A stretch of DNA of 64,000 nucleotides from Lytechinus pictus (Eukaryota): NCBI RefSeq assembly GCF_037042905.1, contig NC_087245.1, positions 42,348,001 through 42,412,000 on the forward strand, written 5' to 3'. Under the pieces are notes generated by a model. It did not search any database, was not told the origin of the DNA, and saw nothing but the letters and a program-made list of their open reading frames with translations. Made by a program: the position numbers and the translations under genes. Every line of letters starts with the position of its first letter. Position 1 is the first letter of the stretch. Shown here piece after piece: positions 24,557-36,456 of the stretch.

Positions 24557-24969
24557 CAGTAGAGGCGCTGGTCAGAAAATTGGGATCGTCCCAGTTTACA
24601 GGGACTGTCTCAGTTTTCAAAGATTTCTCCACACAAGAAATCTAGGAAAGTTCATTCACCTGTCAAGTGCCGACACCGATCAAGTGCGCTAGTCAATGTA
24701 AACATATCTGGTTTCATTAACAAGATTATTGGAAGACGGCAAGTCATAAAAATAGACGGTGAACTGGGGGAATTGAGGTCACTGAATCTATTTTTAGTAC
24801 TCTCAATTTCCGTAATTGCTGTCTTTGTCTCGCAGGGGGAAGTGAAAAAAAAACGTCCCCTGACTTAAACAAGGACAGTCTCAATTTATCAAGACATTAT
24901 TTGTCTTGGTTTATGAGGATATCCTTGTTTTCTGGGACAATCCCAATTTTTAGATCAGCGCCTCTACTG
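24557..24969. mobile_element. MITE with 5-bp TSD
   Basis: TIR CAGTAGAGGCGCTG / CAGCGCCTCTACTG; ACTAT on both flanks. Confidence 0.85.
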
Positions 24970-25209
24970 ACTATTGAGACCCCAATCTACCCCAGTCAGT
25001 GTCTCCCTCGTTTTGCACTGTTGACTCCTGGGCTCCGCCGGAGCCCCCTGGGAGTGGGACAGCAGCCTGGGTTAATTAGGGCTAGACCTAGATATATTTA
25101 TTCTGAACCTTTTCCATGTTTTTATTTTCAATTTAAGTGGGGAGGTGCATATGGAACTCTTTCCAAATTCTGAAAGTCGCATTTCACTGAACTCCCTATC
25201 TGAAGTTAA

Positions 25210-25792
25210 AGGAGAATGAAACCCTTGAAACCAGCTGAATCCATATCAAAGAGAAAAATCAAAGAAACATATTGTTGAAAGTTTGAGGAAGATTGAATGA
25301 ATAATAAGAAAGTTATGAGCATTCGAATATTGAGATCACTAGTGCCATGTAGATCCTCCCAACGGCAATGCGACCAAGATCTGTGATATCACACACGTAC
25401 AACTCCCTCATTACTTTAGTACTTATTTCACTTATATTCTCACTTTTATAGAGTCTATCACAAGGTGAGGTGTTCTCTTTATGAGATGACAAGTACAGAG
25501 GTTTCACAACATTATATCATTGATGAATCGTTTGTCATATGATTAGAATGAGCAAAAAGAGATGTTTTGGGGTATATTTTCAGTGTCCAAATGGGAGAGT
25601 TGTACGTGTGTGACATCACAGATCTTGGTCGCATTGCCAATGGGAGGATCTCCATAGCATTAGTGATCTCGACATTCAAATGCTCATAACTCTTTTATTG
25701 CTAGTCCTATTTTTCTCAAAGTTTTGTTGATCTTATTCTTTGATTTTTGTGCTTTCACAAAAGCTAACTTGCTCCAAGAGTTTCATTCTCCT
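25210..25792. mobile_element. TTAA-flanked Kolobok-like element
   Basis: TTAA|AGGAGAATGAAAC...GTTTCATTCTCCT|TTAA; internal ~80-bp motif present twice in inverted orientation. Confidence 0.85.
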
Positions 25793-25864
25793 TTAAGACA
25801 ATTTTCATAATACGAATACGGTACAGGCCCAAGCAGCAGGTAGGATGGGGGGGTCGGGTGTCCA

Positions 25865-27321
25865 CCCGGGGGGGGGGGGTAGGTGTGTGCCGCTGGTGAG
25901 ACAAAAACCGGGGGCCTTGGAGCGGACTTATTATAAAAAGGAGGGTCCTCGGAACGGGCTTCGGAACTACAAATGCTTGTGAAAACGGGGGTCCTTGGAA
26001 CGGGTCGCTTGCGTGTGCATCCCTGTGGAACGGGCATACGTATTACGTGTATGCAGCTAGCCCAGCGACATGGGCGCCGGGTGCGCTCGCGCAGAGGCGA
26101 TGGTCGGACAGCGCTCAGCGGCCGCTTTTCACCAAAATTGCAGCTCATTGTGGCGGATCAATGCGACCAGAACGGCATAACGAAAAATATGCGAAGCTTT
26201 GGAGCGGATTTCTTTCTTCTTTTCTCTCAATTAGAAGAAAATGCTATGCTTCGGAGCGGCTTTCTTAGTTGCGACAAGCGGCAACCCCGCGCCATTTACC
26301 AATGTCGCATTTTTGCGACGAGAATCAGTCCCTCCGAAAAAAAAGAATATTTCACGAACCAAACACCCCTACAAGTCGAGTTTGGTATCATCTGAAGGCT
26401 CATTGTCCGGCCTCTCGTTCAGTGACTGTCGCTACACACACTTCTATTGAAAGTTTTTACGCAATCCTTCATCAAAGTTTGAGAAATTATCGAAGAATTT
26501 AACTTTTTAGCGTTGAGAAGGTCCACGATGGCGGAGCAACGCGGAGAGTATTTCGCGGACACGATGTCAGAATCAAGTTCGGATCATTCTGACAACGCAT
26601 TAGATCGAATTCATGGTGATTCCGAGTTTGAAAGAATGGAAAACTTCTTCGGAGGATGAACTTCTTGTGGGCCATTCCCCGACGAAGAGACTCCATGCAC
26701 GTCGGCGGAGAGCTGCTGAAAAGCCTGAATACGAGCGGACTCAGGATTCTTCGGATGATGGATTAGACACTCTGCCTGGTCCGAGCAGGCAACGTACACA
26801 TACAATACACGTAGCCCACGCTATGAGTGACGTCATCAGACGCGTCTCGAGTCTTCACTCTGTTTTCAAGCACCATCTTTTCTGTGTGCGAGGTCGCATC
26901 GAGTCGCTCGCACAGATTTTCGTAATGTACACAAATCCCATAGACGCGTTGATATCTCGTTTCGCGAGGTAAAACAATGTTTATTTTCCTTCCCCTGACC
27001 TAAATAATTGGAAATACATTTTGTTCAAGGTAAGACATAGAAGTTTATGATATAAGTATATATATTATGTTGACTACATGTGCCAAAATTGCTGTTCTGA
27101 CCACTCTATCCATCATGGAAATCATGGAGTTGTTTTGCACATGTGACACTGAATCAATGTGACCCAGTAAGCGAGGGCGAAAACATCCGCTGAGCAGCCG
27201 GTCACGACAGGGTTAATGCTATGCCCTTGAACGGAAGTTTGAGTGTTAAAATGGGGGTCCCCTCTGCGGCACATACCCACTATGCATCATATACTGAGTG
27301 CCCCCCCCCCCCCCCACCGGG
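25865..27321. mobile_element. CCCGGG(G)n-terminated non-autonomous element containing a piggyBac-like remnant
   Basis: Poly-G and poly-C ends; GGTGTGTGCCGC / GCGGCACATACC subterminal inverted repeat; internal CpG-rich block ending ...GACAGGG|TTAA at 27212. Confidence 0.6.
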
Positions 27322-27723
27322 GGCGGGGGTGTCCAGACACTTTATAAATTATATTTTTGAAGCCTTCTTTTTTGTCTTTATATTACACTAAAAATATGAA
27401 TTCAATAGTTGTAATCATCTTCTATTTTGTTCTTTATAATATTTACTAACATTTTGCACTAAAAATTGATGAAACTTTGCTTGTAAATTTTTCCAAATGA
27501 CATTCTAAAATTGATCGTCCGGACACAAGTCACAACAACTGGGTACGGTACAGCTCACTCAGTCTCAGTCGCTCCGCCGCCGCGCCCGACGATAGAGGTG
27601 ACGGATGTATTCCTCGTCTCCGAACTGAACAGTGCAGTCAATGTCGAAACTCAACTAACTGTTGTTACTGTAACTGGGCAAGGCCTACCGCTTGATCTTA
27701 ACCCGTAGTTTAATTGAACTTAC

Positions 27724-27920
27724 CCACCTCTTCGAACAGGAATAAAGAAGTCAGCACACCAAGTAGCTCTTGCTAAATTAAACAAAGATAAACTTTTTTC
27801 TATCACCAACACAAATTCGCAGCCGAACGACGGCCATATTGTATACCATTGCCCAGTAACGTTGACGTCATTACTTGTGTGCTATACTAGTAATTGATTG
27901 TAGTACATGTATTTCCGGAA
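27724..27920 (-). promoter_or_regulatory. Probable non-coding first exon and promoter of the OFCC1-like gene
   Basis: Donor GG|GTAAGT at 27723-27718 on minus; CpG-rich unique sequence; YY1-like AATATGGCCG (27831-27840), X-box-like ATTGCCCAGTAAC (27848-27860), palindromic CRE TGACGTCA (27863-27870), ETS-like TTCCGGAA (about 27913). Confidence 0.55.
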
Positions 27921-28151
27921 ACTAGTTTGTCTCTTCAGACCTCTAATTACTAAGTAAATTGAAGATGACATTTTTTAACAACAAACAAAATGCAAGTCAT
28001 CAATCAGACAAAACAGATAAATCAGGGTTTCGTTTTCAAAATCTCTCTTTTTCATTTACCGTATATTATTATTTTTTTTTCATTTAAATGAAAAACAGCT
28101 CAGATGAGCAGTTTTCAAAATTGATTGTAGAAATGAGACTAATTCACTTAA

Positions 28152-28755
28152 AGGACAAGTCCACCCCAACAAATAGTTGATTTGAAAAAAAGGAGAAAAA
28201 TCCAACAAGCAAAACACTGAAAATTTCATCAAAATCGGATGTAAAATAAGAAAGTTATGACATTTTAAAGTTTCGCCTAATTTCACAAAACAGTTATATG
28301 CACATCCTGGTCGGTATGCAAATTGGCAGACTGATGACGTCACCCACTCACTATTTCTTTTGTATTTTATTATATGAAATATTAAATATTCTAATTTTCT
28401 CCCCCTTGTCAAGTGAAACAAAGTTTTATTTCTCCCTGAACATGTGGAATTACCATTATTTTAACAGTTTATGGTTAAGTTAAGTTGGTCCTTGTTGTCA
28501 AATCTGTAAAAATTGAAATATTATATTATTCAAACAATAAAAAACAAAAGAAATAGTGAGTGATGGACATCATCGACTCTCTCATTTGCATATCACTGAG
28601 TTGTACATTTAACTGTTTTGTGAAAAATAAGCGAAACTTAAAAATATCATAACTTTCTTATTTTACATCCAATTTCGATGAAATTTGCAGCGTTATGTTT
28701 GTTTGATTTTTCTCTATTGATTCAAATCAACAATTTACTGGGGTGAACTTGACCT
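28152..28755. mobile_element. Kolobok-like family A copy
   Basis: TTAA flanks, TIR AGGACAAGTCCACCCC, long inverted arms. Confidence 0.87.
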
Positions 28756-29240
28756 TTAAAATAAATCACCATAAAAAGTTGGTATACCAAAAAAGTTCTC
28801 GTAAAATAAAGAAATCATTTTTTTTCTTTCAATCTTCGTTGATCAAGATATAAATCAAACAAGTCAACCAGCTATTTAGGCCTACATGATTAAACAAAGC
28901 AGCACTTATAAGACAGATACAAAATACAAATTGAATATAAAATCTCCATAGACCCACAATATTGGGAGGTTTTGTTATTAAATTTACAAAAAGTGAACAT
29001 AGTAATTGAATGCAAGGAAAATGAATGTTGAAAAATTATCAATTTGAATATCAAATATCTTTACAAAAGGGTAAATGATAATATTCGAATGTTGTTTTGG
29101 ATTTGTTATAGATAAAAGATCATCCCACACAGTGTTAACAACCGGACAGTCAAAAAATATGTAGAAATGTTTCAGGTCCCTTTTACAGAATTAACAGTTT
29201 GGAGAATCTTTTCTCTTGATTTTAAATGAAAATACATTAA

Positions 29241-29866
29241 AGGACAAGTCCACATCAACAAAAAGTTGATATTGATAAAAAGAGAAAAATCCAACAAGCA
29301 CAACACTGAAAATTTCATCAAAATCGGATGTAAAATAAGAAAGTAATAACATTTTAAAGTTTCGCTTAATTTCACAAAACAGTTATTATGCACATCATGG
29401 TCGCTATGCAAATGAGTAGACTGATGATGCCATCCACTCACTATTTCTTTTGTATTTTATTATATGAAATGTGAAATGTATAATTGTCTCCTCATTGCCA
29501 AGTGAAATAACGATTAATTTTTCCCTGTACATGTGGAATTGTTTAATACTATTGTTTAATACTAGCATTGTTTAATACTATGTGGTTCAGTCAAGTCGGT
29601 CCTTATTGTCAAATCTGTAAAAAGTGAAATATTGTATAATTAAAACAATAAAAACAAAAGAAATAGTGAGTGAGGGACATCATCGTCTGTCTCATTTGCA
29701 TGTCAACTGAGTTGTGCATATCACTGTTTTGTGAAAAATAAATGAAACTTTAAAATGTAATAACTTTCTTATTTTACATCCGATTTTGATGAATTTTTCA
29801 TCATTCTGCTATTTTGAATTTTCTCAATTTATTCAAAACAACATTTTTCTGGGGTGGACTTCACAT
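29241..29866. mobile_element. Kolobok-like family A copy
   Basis: TTAA flanks, colinear with 28152-28755. Confidence 0.85.
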
Positions 29867-30804
29867 TTAAGGGCAATTGTCTTAATATGAAAGCTTGAAA
29901 TAAAAACTGAGGCGGCTATCAATAGTACGCTTGAAATTCAACAAAAATAATGTACTTTTTGCCAGTCAAATTAAAGTAATCATTAGGAAAAGGACATGCA
30001 AAGTAATAAGAAATTAAGACATACAGAAATGACGGGAACAACATGAAAAGATGAATTAAACAGATTTTAACAGATTAAAAAAAATTATAGATGATTTTAA
30101 TCAGCAATATTTCGGGAGTCCCCTGATAGGCCTGTGCATCATAGACCCATTGGCAGATCCAGACCGGGGGGGGGGGGGGGATGAATATAGGAAAGGAAAG
30201 AAATGAAAAAAAAAGGGTATAGAGTAAAGGGTGGGACAGAAGAAAATAAAAGACGAAGAAGAAAGGTAAGACAAAACTATGTGATAGAAAGGATTGCAAA
30301 AAGAACATTTTTAATGTCGGGTCTTTATATCATCATTTTTTTTTTTTCTTCAAAAATTGCTCAGTAAAATCTTCGATCTTTGGGTCTGAATACAAGAATC
30401 CCCATCTCGCTCTCAGTTAGGCTCTCATTATTTGTTATCCATTATTAAAAAAAAAAGTGTTTTAAATGTCCGGGTCTGATATATCAAAACTTTTCAGCTC
30501 GCGCTAGGCGGTCACATTAAATTGATTTGTGAGGTACTCAATATCCTCTTTGTGAGTTACACAAGTTATCAAATATCCCTTTTCAGATATGATTGGCAAG
30601 ACTTATCAACCCGCACGACTCGCTTGCATTTTGATCAGTGAGACATGCATGGTTCTTAATTCCCCAAGCGCGAGGTAGAAATAATAAAAAAAAAAACACA
30701 GAAGAGCAAAATGCATGAAAAGCGAATTTTTACATGACATATTTTGAACAAAAAGTGTTTTACAACTTAACAAAATACAGGATAGTAGTTGGATCACTAA
30801 ACAA

Positions 30805-31063
30805 CATGGGCGGAAATCCCAGGGGGGACGTGTCCCCCCTACCCAATATAGTAGGGGGGACACAATATCAAATGTCCCCTACTATTTTGGACGAGATGAT
30901 CTTACTTATTGGGTGATAACATTTTTTTTTTTTTTTTTGCTTCTCAAATTTATTTTGGTCGAAATGACCCCTTACATTTGGGGTGATAACCTTTTTTTTT
31001 TTTGCTTGTCAAATTTTCCAGTCCCTGGTCCCCCCTACTTTTGGAGACAGATTTCCGCCCTTG
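30805..31063. mobile_element. hAT-like MITE
   Basis: TIR CATGGGCGGAAATC / GATTTCCGCCCTTG; perfect 8-bp TSD CTAAACAA. Confidence 0.9.
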
Positions 31064-31097
31064 CTAAACAAACATAATTATCTCAAGTGCACTTTTT

Positions 31098-32896
31098 GGT
31101 TACGCTTCGTAATTCCGAAGGTTCGTAATTCCGAAACACGTAAATTGCCTATAACTCGATGTTCGTTAATCCGAAAAAGAAAAAGGGTTCGTTAATCCGA
31201 AAACGAAATAAGGTTCGTCATTCCAAAGGTTCGTTAATCCGAAAAATGAAAAATCTGTGGCGAAGCCGGGAATACCGGAAGGGCAAGCGTGGTGGAGAGA
31301 GGGGGGGGGGGGGGGGGCTAGAAAACCGTTTCAATTTCAATTATTATGAGGATGTGAAGGCAGGGGGGGGGGGCGTCCGAACGTATTTTCATTTGGGGGC
31401 AAAGCTAAAAAGGGGCACTTATAATTATGAATAGTTTGTTTGCAAAAGGGGTTAGATTTAGACCATTCCGAGAATATCATATTTTGATTTTATTCTCCCA
31501 TATTGCAACATTCTTATGCGAAACTAAATTGTCATGATAAACTACCCTATCATGACTTGTGAACATACAATTGGGTATAAAAGAAAATAATGTCTTCATA
31601 TATTTCAAATTTTTTTTTTTAAATCACCATTGTGGATCTAGCCACTTTTGCAAACAAAGTAAAATGGATCCAACCCCTTTTGAATAAAAAAGTGATTTTT
31701 CTTTGCCATTTTTAATCACATTTTGATTGGAGTTTCAATTTATGTTTTGTATCATCAGAGCGACTAAAATTCTCTAAATCGAGACCACAAATAATTATAT
31801 TTGATGAAAAATGGATCTGACCATTTTTGAAATTGAGCTCTTCATATGTCAAAATGGGCCTTTTGGTGATAATTTCACCATACGATTACCATCTGTGTGA
31901 TGTCGTTGTGTGTTTTTAGTAATTAAATTGAGCAAAGCCTTTTTTTATTATTATATATTTAGGTTTTTTTCCGCGGTTTGGAAAATTTCAAATCTGAAGT
32001 TCAAAAACACGCTTTTGGTCAATTATGGGGCTAATTATGCGATATACTGTTAAAAGGGCATACCGCGCGAGATGTTGCGAGCGCTAATCGCAAGCTTAAA
32101 CTTTTGGACATCTCAATAAGAAATGAAAATTAAACATTCCGAGCAGTTCTCGTCATGAACAAGATATTTCTTAACCAAAGAATTAACGCGAGCACAAAGC
32201 ACGAGCAGAAGATTTATGACATTATATTTTTAAACCAGCAAAAGGGTGAGTTCCTTACTACATAATAATTGAGGGGGGAAAATGTGATTTTTTAACCTGA
32301 AATGTATTATGTATTACATACTCTTCAAAAAGAGTATTTAATATCGAAAAGGGCACATTTCATTTTGAAAATAATACGGCAATTTCCCTTTTGAAAAAAA
32401 GGATTTTTTACCTGCGGGAATTTTTTATCATAACCAGCAGAAGCTGTTAAACATGACACCCTTCTTCTAAAAAATCCCCTTATCTAGAGGTTACATGTGA
32501 CCAACACACAGTCCCAAATATTTTTAACCCATTCGCTCGATCTGGCAGCAATTGCTCAGGGAAAATAAAAATTAAGATGTTTGATCCAAGCGCCAATTCT
32601 TGATGCAATACATGGTTTGACCACATATACACACAATCCTCCGTTGAAACTATTACTGCATAATATCCGGTTATTCTTTTTAATTTCAACACCGTTTTTG
32701 TTACGAAAATGAATTGATTTCATTTTCGGAAAAACGAACCTTATTTCATTTCTTATTTTGTTTCCGGATTAACGAACCTTCGGAATGACGAAACTTCGCA
32801 ATTACGAACCTTCGGAATATTTGAACATCAAACGAACCTTCGGAATATCATTCGAACATTCCGGAATAGCGAACCTTTGGAATAACGAATGTCACC
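31098..32896. mobile_element. Element with inverted subterminal repeat arrays (GGTTCGTTAATCCGAA), carrying nested inserts
   Basis: Left array 31098-31245 and reverse-complement array 32735-32896 (AACGAACCTTCGGAAT); no clear TSD. Confidence 0.7.
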
Positions 32897-33216
32897 CTAT
32901 ATGGGATAACGAGCATGATGAGAGAAACGAAAAGAGAAAAACATCAAACAAATTATTTTGATTATCTTTAATCAGAAAGTAGGTCCTGGATATATACTGA
33001 AACAATTTATATTCTATGCCGCTACAAACGAAGCGATACACATGAAATAATATCTTTTCAACCAGGCTTTGTTTTCCAACAGCTCTGAAGTTCCACGGAT
33101 AAATCGGATACATGACACAATTAAACGTCTAATATTAATAGTTTTATCCACTCTTTTCCCCTTTTCTTCCTACTTTTCAAGTATATTTCCTTTTCATTTA
33201 TTGTTATTCATAACAA

Positions 33217-33277
<61 letters not shown>

Positions 33278-33415
33278 GCTACTACTACTACTACTAATAC
33301 TAATACTAATACTACTACTACTACTACTAGTAATAATGATATTAATAACGATGATGATGACGATGATGATAGTAGTAGTAGTACATGTATTTGTATAGTA
33401 GTAGTAGTAGTAGTA
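33217..33415. repeat. (CTA)n microsatellite followed by (GAT)n/(TAG)n
   Basis: Directly visible triplet runs. Confidence 0.95.
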
Positions 33416-33601
33416 AAATTGACAATATGACTGCTTATGTCATTCATCGAGAAACTATAAATACCAATCTCTGCTTTTTAAGAGTTTACCCATCATATTC
33501 TGATTTTAATCTGTCTTCAATCTGCAATTTTCAAATATTACTACCATTGTCTTATTTCTATTCAATGATTGTGATATAATTTCTCATTGAATGTTAAATT
33601 A

Positions 33602-33773
33602 CACTGTAAAAAATGAAGTGCTAATTTAGCACTTACAGTGCTTATATAGTGACTGCACTACGATAGCTGATTTTCTAGTTTAAATTTGAACTAGAAAATC
33701 AGCACTCGTAGTGCAATCACTATACAAGCACTAGTGCTGTAAGTGCTAAATTAGCACTTAATTTGTTACGGTG
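33602..33773. mobile_element. Palindromic MITE with CACTG terminus (CMC/EnSpm-like)
   Basis: Near-perfect ~170-bp palindrome centred near 33685. Confidence 0.8.
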
Positions 33774-33987
33774 TTTATTACATTTTGTGAGATATGAAAA
33801 TAAACCAACATAAAACTGAAACATGATTCAAAATCAAAATCGTCTTTCCAGCGAATGCATTAATCATAATTGCAAAATGTTAGGCCAGGCAGGAATCGCA
33901 TGAAATACCCGTTTAACGGTTTCTAGTCCTATTAGTTGATTTTGAAAAATGCACTAATAACATGACCATGATTAAAAGTGTAATTAA

Positions 33988-34927
33988 GGACGTTCCACAG
34001 TTTAATATGTTTGTGCACATTATGATCTGCGCATAATTTACACTCTGCGCGCTGACGTCACAATGGATGAACAGGTGATTAATTAGCTGCGGGTATGAGC
34101 TGATTTTTCTCATCTTCTGCACTTTAACTGCAGATCCGATGCGTTATTTCATGAATATAAAAAATGGAATTATCCCATGGACCAGTCAAAAAAATATTCT
34201 CTACAATTTCAAAATACCTTACTCTGCAGTGCTGCCAAGAATCACGAATATTAGCCCGAGTTTGAATAAATGGTAGAGTGGTTTTGATTTTTTCTTCACA
34301 TAGATACTAAGCATTCGGCGCATTTTTGGTGTTTTAAAAAGCACATTTGCTCTAATAAAAATGGTGATAGTTTAAAAACAAGCACATGAACCCCTATTTT
34401 TTAATGTTTGTACCTCTTAGGTATACCTTCCTCTACAACTCTGCAAATTTTTGTGAAAATGACATGGATTTTGAATAAAGTGCAGCATTTATTGTACGTT
34501 TGTAGTTTGTTACTGAAATTTTACATTTTTTAGATTGGGATTTTGTTATCTTTTACGCCATTTTTAAGAACTGACAGTGCTGTTAAACTTAAAATTGCAA
34601 ACAAATAGCACTATAAATATATTCTCCATTCTAACGATACAATTATTAACTCTCTTGCGAAATTTGATGACTTTTTCATGTATTTTGACTGAGTAATAGA
34701 GGTTTAAACTCATTGTAGTAATCTTGGGCGGTCTAAAAATGCCAAATTCTTTTGAATGCGCAATTCTTAAAAACATCAATTTGGGTGAACTTTGATGCTC
34801 TATAGCAAAAAATCAAGCACATGGACCTATGTTAATTTTTGCATATTTCGAATATTAAGGTTCTAAAGTATCTATGTGCAAAGTTTGGTGAAAATAACAT
34901 GGATTTCACTTTAACTGTGGAACGTCC
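33988..34927. mobile_element. TTAA-flanked Kolobok-like element
   Basis: TTAA|GGACGTTCCACAGTT...AACTGTGGAACGTCC|TTAA. Confidence 0.88.
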
Positions 34928-36186
34928 TTAAATCATCTATTAATGAAAGTCTTTCAATAAAAAAGTAGCACGATCGAGTTCTGTATACAGATAAAGCGGA
35001 TATTCTTAGTATGAATACCCGTGATTTATATACCATAACACTACTAACAAAAGCATTTTATTTACCCAGGGTAGCCACTGTAGTATATAAAACTGTTCTA
35101 TAAGCGGGCCCATTATAACAAACGTCAAAAGTCAGAACTGAGAAGTTTCAATTTTTAAATTCTTTGGCCGGGGATCGAACCCTCGACTTCCCAATCAAGG
35201 GGGGGGGGGGCGCTCTACCAGACGACATCTGAGCCAAAATGCAAGGTAAATGCAAATGAATGTCTCTTCAGGTGTCATGAGCCTAAATACAATAAAATGG
35301 CCTCTCATTCGCCCCAAGCTAACGGTTTTTTTTATTCGTTTTAGCTGATTGACATAAGAGTACATAATTATAATAGGCCTAGGCCTATGCTGATCTAACG
35401 CTGATTCTTGAAAGGGCAATCACTGAACTTCCTTTTCCCAAATTTTGGAACTATGTTACTGGCGGAAAAAAATCATGGATATTTTTACCGTTTTAGGTGA
35501 TGAGTGACATCTCGTCACAAAATGCTTTCGTACAAGTAAATTTATCTCGGAAATGAGTCGGTTGACTTACCCTTTCCTGACCAGATATGAATATCAGATA
35601 TCTTATCCACTGTTGTTTGACATTAGTTACCCATAATTTCATCATATTTTAAAGATTACATTCGTCTTAAGTATGTAAGGTAATACATATTATTCAGTGT
35701 TCACCGATATTATGCACAGCACAGGGTCCTATATAGGCATGAAAAGCATTTGCATTCTCCTTGTATACACACCCAGTTGGATCTCAAGGAAAGAAAAGCC
35801 AAACTGTATATGCTCTTGTACCTTTGATTAAAATTAAGGAAAAATCTCAACGTGTTATAGCAGATAAGCACAATGAGCTAAGCCTTCATTTCAATAAATT
35901 AATCTTTAAGTTGTAATCACTGTTAATCTTAATACATGCCTATACATAATCATGATGTTGTAAGTAGCCATGCAGTACAGCCCCCTAAAGAGTATTTCAA
36001 GTATTTATACTATGAATATTGATCATTAAATATAATTGTTTCTTTTAAAAATGCAATATGTTAATTAGAATAATCGATACACATTGTTTTATTTTCCTTG
36101 CACATATCAACTCTTAAATACGATTTTATAATGGCAGACTATTTATGATGGTAGTTTCGAAAAATCATCCAGAAGCCAGCATATCT

Positions 36187-36456
36187 CTACAAGGGTGACG
36201 TCCGAGTGGTCAAACCCGCAGTGGAATCACGCCATTGGGTAGACACACATTTCACTGTGTAGACCGTCACGTCAGCCACACTTGGCCGGAACTTCGCCTT
36301 CCACATCCGTCGGACTCGCTTGGTGATTCCGAAGAAGACAAAGAGGAGGACACCTTGTAATGAAGTTAGCGTTACGAAAATGTACATGACAACGACGTCC
36401 TCGGTGAAACTGTACACGACGCCGAACGTCCAAGATGTCCCGAGAACAACTGACAG
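36187..36456 (-). CDS. GPCR exon 5: TM6, TM7 and C-terminal tail
   Basis: (CT)n tract plus TAG acceptor; LSVVLGTSWTFG...TSLQGVLLFVFF...KRVRRMWK, TAG stop at 36189-36187. Confidence 0.9.
   Translation of the reverse strand: MSVVLGTSWTFGVVYSFTEDVVVMYIFVTLTSLQGVLLFVFFGITKRVRRMWKAKFRPSVADVTVYTVKCVSTQWRDSTAGLTTRTSPL

Noticed and set aside
25783..26972. Cluster of overlapping 65-140 aa ORFs suggesting a host gene
   Set aside because: GC-rich transposon interior, with no coherent splice structure or recognisable domain beyond a decayed acidic N-terminus.
33069..33447. Poly-Leu and poly-Val membrane-protein-like ORFs
   Set aside because: Translations of the (CTA)n/(TAG)n microsatellite.
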